NCBI RefSeq assembly: GCF_000621645.1
Contig: NZ_JHXR01000016.1
Span: 1-32,000 of the forward strand
Direction of reading: 5' to 3'
Source: Vibrio cholerae ATCC 14035
GTDB lineage: Bacteria > Pseudomonadota > Gammaproteobacteria > Enterobacterales > Vibrionaceae
DNA length: 32,000 bases
Shown here one piece after another: positions 1 through 7,430 of the stretch; the first letter of the stretch is position 1, and each line of letters begins with the position of its first letter. A program made the position numbers and the translations under genes. The notes below the pieces were generated by a model. That model was not told the origin of the DNA. It ran no database searches and worked only from the letters and a program-made list of their open reading frames with translations.

Positions 1-1027
1 TGTGTGATTCATAGAGATGGTTTCAATTTTCTTAGCTGAAGATCGAGCTTGTAATTTTGCTCTTGAAACCGCTCTTTCTTGATCTGGTAGTTCTGAGATA
101 CCTCTTCAGACAAAGGAGTTTGATCAGATATCTCAGTAATCCTGTCTATCGGGGTTAGCCCATTTAACGAGCTGTGGGGCCGTTCCCAGTTGTAGTAGTG
201 TTGCCATTCAGCTAGTAGCAGATCCAGTTCTTGCAGCCCCACAGAGACATCTATGGTCGGATAGAACTCACTTTTATCTGTTTTCTGCGAGCGTTCCACT
301 TTGCCATTCAAGTGAGGTGAGCCAGGCTTATTTGGGCGAAACTTGATCCCATAAATCATGAGTTGTTTCTGGACTTTTTCAGCAAAGAATTCACGCCCTC
401 TGTCCGTCTGAATACGCTGGATAGGAAATGGCATCTCTTCCACGACACAATCGATAAAGTCGACTGTATTTGCTGCTGTGCGCCGAGAGTAGCACCTTAG
501 AACCCGATAGCGAGAGCAATCATCAATAGCTGTATACTGGTAAATTCCAGGCGCTATTTTACACGTGTCCATCTGGACTCTATCACCAGGAATTGGGCGC
601 TCATATCTTTGGAAATCTTTTTTGCGTCGGTAAGTTACGATGGGTTTGACTGATGCTTCGGATAAAACTTTATGGAGTGTCGCTGTGCTTAGGTGTATTT
701 TGTGAAGTCGGATTAATTCCGTTTGTAAACGTCGCGCCCCTAAATTGCGTTTGTCACGCATCGTAAGGATCAATGCTCTTAGCTCATCAGTGAGTTTGGT
801 ATCTGGAGATGAATGAGGGCGTCTGCTCTGGCTTTCCAGACCAGCGATTCCACATTGCTTATATCGCTTAGCCCACTTTCGTAATGTTGGTCTGGAAATA
901 CCACAGCGTCGACATACGAGGCCTGCATCACCACATTCCTCATACATTTTTACCCACTGTAGTCTTTGTTGGATTTCTCTGTCCATAGACACCCAGTATA
1001 GTTGAAAGGATGTCTATGAATCACACA
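1..1027 (-). mobile_element. Complete IS481-family insertion sequence (one transposase gene, 15-bp perfect terminal inverted repeats)
   Basis: TGTGTGATTCATAGA at 1-15 is the exact reverse complement of TCTATGAATCACACA at 1013-1027. The repeats bracket a single 327-aa DDE transposase ORF. The left flank and any target-site duplication lie outside the window. Confidence 0.85.
9..992 (-). CDS. IS481-family DDE transposase (integrase/rve catalytic core)
   Basis: 327-aa ORF with an N-terminal HTH-like region (CGISRPTLRKWAKRY). Catalytic-core signatures are VQMDTCKI, IQTDRGREF and NGKVERSQ (D, D, E), followed by W..YYN.ERPHSSL. It lies between the inverted repeats. Confidence 0.88.
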   Translation of the reverse strand: MSMDREIQQRLQWVKMYEECGDAGLVCRRCGISRPTLRKWAKRYKQCGIAGLESQSRRPHSSPDTKLTDELRALILTMRDKRNLGARRLQTELIRLHKIHLSTATLHKVLSEASVKPIVTYRRKKDFQRYERPIPGDRVQMDTCKIAPGIYQYTAIDDCSRYRVLRCYSRRTAANTVDFIDCVVEEMPFPIQRIQTDRGREFFAEKVQKQLMIYGIKFRPNKPGSPHLNGKVERSQKTDKSEFYPTIDVSVGLQELDLLLAEWQHYYNWERPHSSLNGLTPIDRITEISDQTPLSEEVSQNYQIKKERFQEQNYKLDLQLRKLKPSL

Positions 1028-1207
1028 CTTTAAGTCATTCACGCTACTGCTTTATCAGGGCCTATAAGCATGGATAAAAACTTAAAAAATAAATGAGACA
1101 GAAGTGCCATTGGGTAAGTAGCAACAATTTATGGGTACACTAAAAGGTACACCATTAAAAATCAAATCAATACAATTTAAATATAAACAATAAGTTAAAA
1201 AACAAGA

Positions 1208-1228
1208 TCAACTTACCCCAGCCCACCA
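1208..1228 (+). other. Degenerate copy of the tmRNA (ssrA) 3' end; probable att remnant of an ssrA-integrated island
   Basis: TCAACTTACCCCAGCCCACCA resembles the conserved tmRNA 3' terminus (E. coli ...TTCAACTCCCGCCAGCTCCACCA), sharing CAACT, CCAGC and CCACCA. No tRNA-like body lies upstream (AT-rich sequence instead). An intrinsic terminator follows 10 nt downstream, as expected for the original end of a small-RNA gene. Confidence 0.5.
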
Positions 1229-1237
1229 ATCACTAGT

Positions 1238-1270
1238 AACGGGACGTCTCAGGACGTCCCGTTTTCTTTT
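1238..1270 (+). terminator. Rho-independent terminator
   Basis: Perfect 11-bp stem AACGGGACGTC / GACGTCCCGTT (1238-1248 / 1253-1263), 4-nt loop TCAG, followed by TTTTCTTTT. Confidence 0.8.
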
Positions 1271-1466
1271 CTAAACTCTTATCCTATTTGGCTTTAAGTG
1301 GTTCAGAGCGTCTCATCAAGATTCACTTTGTTCATTTAAGGCAACTGTTCATTTATTACGAACAACCTGCATCACTGAACAAACAATTAACGCCCAGCTC
1401 CCTATCGCAGCTTTACATAGCTAAAACAATCCATCCTGCTCATCAACAAATTTTGACTTACAACTC

Positions 1467-1567
1467 ATGAGTAATAATTTACTCATAAATAGTATCCACA
1501 TACATTAATGAGTAATTTTTTACTCACAACTTGAAAGAAAATGGCTTTAAGAGTAAATTTTTACTCA
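1467..1567 (+). promoter_or_regulatory. Three palindromic operator-like sites upstream of the HipA-like gene
   Basis: (A)TGAGTAA-N4-TTACTCA(T) occurs at 1467-1486 and 1508-1527, and GAGTAA-N4-TTACTC at 1551-1566. The centres are exactly 41 bp apart. A possible promoter is TTGAAA (1531-1536), 17 nt, then TAAATT (1554-1559), overlapping the third palindrome. Confidence 0.6.
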
Positions 1568-1589
1568 TTGATAAGTAGAGGTGTTGTCG

Positions 1590-2951
1590 ATGGAAGAGCT
1601 AACCGTACAAGCTTTTATCAGAGGTGAATGGATAGATATTGGTATCATCTCATTCCCTAAAAGTAGCCAACATAATTTTCGAGTGACTGAACTCAACTAC
1701 CTCAGCGACTATGCGCTAGAACATTACGATAAAGATGACTTTCACGCTGTTTCACTAAACCACCCTGTCTCATTCATTTTTGATGACATGGGTAAGCCTG
1801 GATGGTTAAAGTTTCTAGACGATATTATGCCTAGTGGCGCTAGTAGACGATACTGGGTCAAACACCTAGATATTGAAGATCTTAGTTCTGATGAACAAGA
1901 CTATGTTTTGCTCAAATTTGGCACGATGTCGCCTATTGGTAACTTAAGAATAAAAGACTCCCTTCCTGAACGCTACGAAGTCGCAGACAACCTCTACTTC
2001 TCTGTTGATGATGTTAAAAATCGAGCAGGTGATTTCCTCGACTATGCACAGCAAAGAGGGGCAGCCGCAGGTGGTGCAACAGGGGCTGGAGGTGAAGCGC
2101 CAAAACTGATCCTCCGATGTGGTTTCGATCATGGATCTGGCAGCGAAAAAATATGGATTGATCCATACCAAGATGACAATAGCAGCCACGACTTACATTA
2201 CTTAGTAAAGTACCCTAGAGGCTCAAGAAGCACCATCGACTGTAATATTCTAAGAGCTGAGTTCTACTTCTACCACGAGCTAACTGAAATGGGAGTTGAA
2301 ACGATCTCCACCGACGGTATGCGCTTGGAGGAAGGATTAAACTACCCTTCCTTATGGCTTCCTCGATTTGATGTTCAAATTATTGATCAACAAATAGAGC
2401 GATTTGGCATGGAATCAGTGTATTCCATTTTGAACAAAGGCGCTGGAGTCACTCTTGATCACGAAACAACAATCCGAACTCTCATAGAAAAAATTACTGA
2501 AAGTAATATGGTTAAACACCAAGGGTATAGGTTTGATACCCAAGCTTTCGTTATTGAATGGGTGAAGAGAGATCTACTCAACATCTTGTTTGGTAATAGT
2601 GATAACCATGGCAGAAATACTTCATTCTTAAAGGGTGATGGAGTCATAAAGCTTGCTCCCATTTACGATTTCGCACCAATGAAAGCCGATCCTGCAGGAA
2701 TTCCAAGAACAACAAAATGGAAAGCCCCACTAGAGGTTGGCGGAACTTACGACTTTGTCGGCATTGCAGACACCTTATCTGATCTGGTGCCAAAGGAAAT
2801 GTTATTAAAAGAGCTAGCAATTACTGCAAGTAAATGCGTAGGCCTAAAGCAGAGACTCGCTTTACGAGGAGTACCAGAACAAATCTTGGAGATGCCGGCC
2901 GTTGGACTTAATTATTTATCAGAAAAGCTCACTAAATGGGGGCTACTATGA
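1590..2951 (+). CDS. HipA-family serine/threonine kinase (type II toxin-like)
   Basis: The catalytic loop GNSDNHGRNTSF (nt 2592-2627) and Mg-binding IYDFAP are HipA signatures. A Gly-rich GGATGAGGEAPK loop lies upstream. I prefer the ATG at 1590 (AGAGG 9 nt upstream) over the GTG at 1581 used by the ORF track. Confidence 0.82.
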   Translation: MEELTVQAFIRGEWIDIGIISFPKSSQHNFRVTELNYLSDYALEHYDKDDFHAVSLNHPVSFIFDDMGKPGWLKFLDDIMPSGASRRYWVKHLDIEDLSSDEQDYVLLKFGTMSPIGNLRIKDSLPERYEVADNLYFSVDDVKNRAGDFLDYAQQRGAAAGGATGAGGEAPKLILRCGFDHGSGSEKIWIDPYQDDNSSHDLHYLVKYPRGSRSTIDCNILRAEFYFYHELTEMGVETISTDGMRLEEGLNYPSLWLPRFDVQIIDQQIERFGMESVYSILNKGAGVTLDHETTIRTLIEKITESNMVKHQGYRFDTQAFVIEWVKRDLLNILFGNSDNHGRNTSFLKGDGVIKLAPIYDFAPMKADPAGIPRTTKWKAPLEVGGTYDFVGIADTLSDLVPKEMLLKELAITASKCVGLKQRLALRGVPEQILEMPAVGLNYLSEKLTKWGLL

Positions 2952-3415
2952 AGCCAAGCAATAAAGAGTCCGTACAAGATACGGTAGCTCGTCTAAGAGA
3001 AAACCGAAATCAACAGCAGTCCAAGGTTGGGAAGAATGCAACTCATTCGAGCAAAGAGCAAACACCACTCGATACTCCAACGAGATCGAAAGCCTCAAAA
3101 AACGCCAAAGCAGTAAGTGCAGCAGAGCGCAAAACCGAGGCAAACAAAATCATCAAACACTTATTGCTTGGAGAGCTAACACAGGGCCAAGCGCTGAAAA
3201 GTCTACGCATTAATATACTGGGACTCAAACAGGATGTATTCGCAAGACTTGTCGATGTCTCAAGAAAAACACTCTCAGACATAGAGAATGATCGGGGCAG
3301 CTACAATACAGAGATTCTCAACAAGGTATTCAAACCATTTAGCTTAAAAATCGGGCTGCTGCCTTCTTCCCCCGATGCGTTAAAATCGCTCTTAATGGAT
3401 GGTGAGGATGGGTAA
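2948..3415 (+). CDS. XRE-family helix-turn-helix protein (putative HipB-like partner) with a long low-complexity N-terminus
   Basis: C-terminal HTH: LTQGQALKSLRINILGLKQDVFARLVDVSRKTLSDIENDRGS. The ATG at 2948 overlaps the kinase TGA stop (ATGA, 2948-2951), implying translational coupling. The ORF track starts 12 nt earlier, at 2936. Confidence 0.75.
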   Translation: MKPSNKESVQDTVARLRENRNQQQSKVGKNATHSSKEQTPLDTPTRSKASKNAKAVSAAERKTEANKIIKHLLLGELTQGQALKSLRINILGLKQDVFARLVDVSRKTLSDIENDRGSYNTEILNKVFKPFSLKIGLLPSSPDALKSLLMDGEDG

Positions 3416-3842
3416 ATTGCTCCGTATCAGCTCTATTTATTTAGATTAAATTGCTATAACAAGCTAGCATTTTTAAATGATTTAGGAATACATGGACACG
3501 GGTTCAGTTCCTTTTGGGCTCCTAATTTATGGTTCCTAAACATGCCGTGACAGACAAAACCGCTATCCGCTACGGAAGTCAAAAACGCTGAGGTAAAGCG
3601 AATTAACTTGTAGACGCTCAAGAATTGAAACCACCGATGCTCCCTACTATTTAAACCATGATGCCATCTTCTAACTGACCCCGACTTGCCCAAGGCCGCT
3701 TGAGCTTACGAGGAGAGCATCTTGAACCGACAAGCCGTACATCCTCGATTTCACAAAGTAGCTCACAGTTACATTGCAACTCATTGAGCAATGAGGATGA
3801 GGAAGTTACACTCTGCATCCAATTCAGGAGGAGCTCACGCCA

Positions 3843-4421
3843 ATGTCTGTAGAATTTTACAATCAAAATGCACAGCAGTTTTTCTCTTCCACTGTCGAAG
3901 TCGATTCCACTTCCCTACTTGACCAGTTTGTACCTTACTTACCTCAAGGTGGATTAGTGTTAGATGCAGGGTGCGGCTCAGGACGAGATAGTAAACGATT
4001 TCTAGATATGGGCTATCAGATCGATGCTTTTGATGCCAGTGCACCTTTAGCGGCTTTGGCTGAAGAACTACTCAATCAATCTGTCACTGTGACTACCTTC
4101 GAGAACTTTACCTCTAGTAAACGCTATGACGGAATTTGGGCTTGTGCTTCCCTACTGCATGTCACGAGAGAATCGTTACCGGAGACGTTTGCTCACTTAG
4201 CAAAAATGCTCAAGTGTGGCGGTGCTTTTTACTGCTCATTTAAATATGGTCAGGACGAGGTAGAGAGAGATGGGCGTCGCTTCACCAACTGTAATGAAGT
4301 CCTTTTAAATCAATTACTCACCTCTTCACCGCTAGCCATCGACAAGCTTTGGGTGACACAAGATCTCAGAGCAGGGCGTGAACATGAACAATGGCTCAAT
4401 GCCATATTAATTAAGCGTTAA
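3843..4421 (+). CDS. Class I SAM-dependent methyltransferase (small-molecule type fold)
   Basis: Motif I VLDAGCGSGRDS followed by the acidic-loop FDAS. It is a compact 192-aa Methyltransf_11/23-like layout. AGGAGG lies at 3825-3830. No DPPY/NPPY or PC/ENV DNA-methyltransferase motifs were seen. Confidence 0.8.
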   Translation: MSVEFYNQNAQQFFSSTVEVDSTSLLDQFVPYLPQGGLVLDAGCGSGRDSKRFLDMGYQIDAFDASAPLAALAEELLNQSVTVTTFENFTSSKRYDGIWACASLLHVTRESLPETFAHLAKMLKCGGAFYCSFKYGQDEVERDGRRFTNCNEVLLNQLLTSSPLAIDKLWVTQDLRAGREHEQWLNAILIKR

Positions 4422-4424
4422 GTG

Positions 4425-7361
4425 ATGAGTGATAGACAAAGTTTTCTGTATTCAGGTCATAAGCTCTCTTCTGGTGGTGCAAACGATCCGCTCCTACCAA
4501 GACTTGTCCAAGCCATTAATCACGCGACTGAAATTGAAATTTCAGTCTCATTCATTCAGCCATCCGGTCTGGATTTACTGTTTGATCCTCTGTTTGATGC
4601 TGTGCAAAGTGGTGCTCAGGTAAAACTCCTAACATCAGATTATCTCTCGATTACTCATCCTGTTGCGCTGCGACGCCTAATGTTGCTAACAGAACGCGGC
4701 GCTCAGTGTCGTGTATTTGAATGTGGTCAGCACAGCTTTCATATGAAATCGTACATTTTTGTCCGATGTGAACAGGGAGAAATACTTGAAGGTTGCGCTT
4801 GGATTGGTTCCAACAACATCAGCAAAACAGCGTTATTAGACAGCCATGAATGGGCTCTACGTCACGACTTTGAACCACCTGAAACCAGTGCTGCTGCCCT
4901 TGAGTTTCTCCATATTCGTCAACAGTTTGCTTCCATTTTCAACCACACAAATAGTAAAGATTTAACGCATACTTGGATTGATCATTACCTTGAACGCTAT
5001 CAACAAGCGAAAAAGCAGCACGGCATGCCCATACTGGCCGATAGCCAAGATGAACAGTCAGAACCGCCAGCGCCGAATGCAGTTCAAGTAGAGGCGTTAA
5101 CCGCATTGAACGCCACTAGAGCCCAAGGATTTTCTCGTGGATTAGTCGTGCTAGCTACGGGCATGGGCAAAACGTGGTTAGCAGCATTTGATGCTCTACA
5201 AACTCAGTCGACAAAAGTCTTGTTCGTTGCGCATAGAGAAGAAATTCTTCTGCAAGCGGAAAAAACCTTCTGTCAGCTTATTCCCAATGCAAAAACGGGT
5301 CTCTACAACGGTGTAACGCAAAATACACAAGCGATGCTGCTGTTTGCTTCCGTGGCAACCATAGGTAAACAAAATCACCTGCAACGCTTTGCAGCGGATC
5401 ACTTTGATTACATTGTGGTGGATGAATTTCATCACGCGGCAGCGAGAAGTTACCGAAACTTACTCACCTATTTTAAGCCTAAATTTCTCCTCGGCCTAAC
5501 CGCAACACCGGAACGTTCAGATCAAGCGGATATTCTCTCGCTTTGCGACAGTAATTTAGTCTTTGAACGTAACCTTGTTCATGGAATTGATGAGAAAATT
5601 CTGGTTCCTTTTGACTATCACGGTATCTACGACCAAGCCGTGAACTACCAAGAAATCCCATGGCGTAACGGTAAATTCGACCCAGACTCACTCGATAATG
5701 CCCTAGCAACTCAACGCCGTGCCGAACACGTTTACCAGCATTGGCACCAGAAAAAACAAACCCGCACACTGGCTTTTTGTGTTTCTAAAAAACACGCAGA
5801 CTTCATGGCTGAGTTTTGTCTGAGTAAAGGCATAAAAGCGATTGCGGTTTACAGTGATTCAAAGGTTCGACGTAACCAAGCCTTACAGTGGCTAGATTCA
5901 GGAAAAATAGACATCCTTTTCTCCGTCGATCTTTTTAATGAAGGTACCGATCTGCCCGCTATTGATACCATTTTGATGCTTCGTCCAACGGAGTCTAAAA
6001 TTCTCTTTTTACAGCAGTTGGGACGGGGATTGCGTCGAAGCATTGAAACTCAAAAAAGTAAACTGGTTGTTATTGATTTTATTGGTAATCATGACTCGTT
6101 CTTAAATCGTCCAACCACACTCTACAATGTGAGTCATTTAAAAGACGCCTTAGCCAAACACCAACAACAAGCATTACCTGACGGATGCCATGTCACTTTT
6201 GATATCACTTTGCTCAACTTTTGGCAGCAATTAACCCGGAAAATGCGTTTCTCAGTGCAAGATGAGTATCAGCAACTTGCACACCAGCTCGCACATAGAC
6301 CAACTGCTAGTGAGTTTTTCTATCATGGAATTGAAATAAGTAAAGTGCGTAAACAAGCGCAAAGCTGGTTTCATTTGGTTGCGAGCCAAGAAAATGATCC
6401 CGAGTTGGCTGAGATTGTTACACGCTATGGTGATTTTCTTCTGCATGGCATTGAAAGCACCAGCATGAGTAAATCTTTCAAAGCAATTCTACTTGAGGCC
6501 TTACTCGAACTGGATGGATTAAGAACTCCGCCGACCTTAGCCACATTGGCTGAATGCAGTTACACTGTTATCGCACGCAGACCAGACCTCATGGCTGAAG
6601 ACCTAACTGAAAATGCCAAACAATTTAAAGCAGCAGATAAAGATTGGCTTAACTATTGGCGGAACAACCCTATTAAGGCCTTTACGAACAAAGCAACGAA
6701 ACAGGCCACTTGGTTTTCCATCGATAGCCAACAACGCTTCGTCGCTAACTTTGATATCCGAGAGCAAGATCTAGAACGGTTACACGATTGTATACAAGAA
6801 TTGGTTGATCTGCGTTTGGCGGAATATGCTCAGCGACCCAAGCAACATAAAGAAAATCTTATTAAGGCTAAGAGCAAAGCTGCTGTCATTTCATTAATAC
6901 CTGAACAAAAAACGATAGGAACACCTATCCCATTCTATCCAGAGCTCAAAATTGCCTGTGGCCATTTTAAGCGCGGTTCAGAGCGAGAAGTACAGACTTA
7001 TTTTGTTCCTGATGGCTATGGATTACTTGATCCCACACGGCATTTTGTCTCGCCAGCCTCTGGTAACTCAATGAATGGCGGTAAAAATCCTATTCAAGAT
7101 GGTGACTTATTATTGCTTGAGTGGGTGACACCAAGCAGTGCTGGCTCTATATCAAACCTCACCATGGCTATAGAAACTCAAGATGAAACGGGGGATAACC
7201 AGTACTTACTGCGGGTAGTACGTAAAATCGCACCAAACCAGTATGAACTACAAGCACAAAATCCAAGTTATCCAAATATGCCAGCAACCGATGCAATGAA
7301 AACGTTCGCACGGTTAAAAGCTGTGATAAAAAATAATAGTCAGCAATCACAGACTCGATGA
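4425..7361 (+). CDS. Fusion protein: PLD-family (single HKD) nuclease + SF2 DEAD/DEAH-type helicase + uncharacterised middle region + C-terminal UmuD/LexA-like S24 peptidase domain
   Basis: - HKD motif HMKSYIF...GSNNIS (aa 106-134).
- Helicase motifs ATGMGKT (I), VVDEFHH (II), LTATPER (III), FNEGTDLP and QQLGRGLRR (VI).
- C-terminus: PFYPELKIACGHF, ASGNSMNGG, IQDGDLLLL and RVVRK align with the UmuD cleavage site, Ser nucleophile and Lys base.
- The start is ATG 4425 or GTG 4422, directly abutting the methyltransferase TAA stop (4419-4421). Confidence 0.85.
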   Translation: MSDRQSFLYSGHKLSSGGANDPLLPRLVQAINHATEIEISVSFIQPSGLDLLFDPLFDAVQSGAQVKLLTSDYLSITHPVALRRLMLLTERGAQCRVFECGQHSFHMKSYIFVRCEQGEILEGCAWIGSNNISKTALLDSHEWALRHDFEPPETSAAALEFLHIRQQFASIFNHTNSKDLTHTWIDHYLERYQQAKKQHGMPILADSQDEQSEPPAPNAVQVEALTALNATRAQGFSRGLVVLATGMGKTWLAAFDALQTQSTKVLFVAHREEILLQAEKTFCQLIPNAKTGLYNGVTQNTQAMLLFASVATIGKQNHLQRFAADHFDYIVVDEFHHAAARSYRNLLTYFKPKFLLGLTATPERSDQADILSLCDSNLVFERNLVHGIDEKILVPFDYHGIYDQAVNYQEIPWRNGKFDPDSLDNALATQRRAEHVYQHWHQKKQTRTLAFCVSKKHADFMAEFCLSKGIKAIAVYSDSKVRRNQALQWLDSGKIDILFSVDLFNEGTDLPAIDTILMLRPTESKILFLQQLGRGLRRSIETQKSKLVVIDFIGNHDSFLNRPTTLYNVSHLKDALAKHQQQALPDGCHVTFDITLLNFWQQLTRKMRFSVQDEYQQLAHQLAHRPTASEFFYHGIEISKVRKQAQSWFHLVASQENDPELAEIVTRYGDFLLHGIESTSMSKSFKAILLEALLELDGLRTPPTLATLAECSYTVIARRPDLMAEDLTENAKQFKAADKDWLNYWRNNPIKAFTNKATKQATWFSIDSQQRFVANFDIREQDLERLHDCIQELVDLRLAEYAQRPKQHKENLIKAKSKAAVISLIPEQKTIGTPIPFYPELKIACGHFKRGSEREVQTYFVPDGYGLLDPTRHFVSPASGNSMNGGKNPIQDGDLLLLEWVTPSSAGSISNLTMAIETQDETGDNQYLLRVVRKIAPNQYELQAQNPSYPNMPATDAMKTFARLKAVIKNNSQQSQTR

Positions 7362-7430
7362 CGATGAATAAGGCATAATTCAAATATATAAATTTTAAAT
7401 AACAATATGTAAAAAAAAGGCTAGGTAGTT

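Noticed and set aside
1208-1228. Possible tRNA gene ending in CCA
   Set aside because: Only the last ~20 nt resemble a tRNA/tmRNA acceptor/T-arm end. The upstream sequence is AT-rich with no T-loop, anticodon arm or D-arm, so this is a fragment (att scar) rather than an RNA gene.
1288-1470. 60-aa + strand ORF upstream of the HipA-like gene
   Set aside because: It starts at a non-ATG codon, has no Shine-Dalgarno sequence and runs into the operator array. The region more likely holds promoter or leader sequence. It contains a duplicated TGTTCATTTA motif (around 1329-1355) that I could not interpret.
3454-3866. Two overlapping minus-strand ORFs (79 and 71 aa) in the gap upstream of the methyltransferase
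   Set aside because: They have no motifs and an odd composition, and one overlaps the methyltransferase start and its AGGAGG. I treat them as chance ORFs, and the gap itself is reported as a finding.
3843-7361. Classical type I/II/III restriction-modification pair
   Set aside because: The methyltransferase lacks DNA-methyltransferase catalytic motifs and a target-recognition domain. There is no specificity subunit. The nuclease partner is a PLD-helicase fusion closer to the type IV SauUSI layout. The pair is therefore reported as unexplained rather than called R-M.
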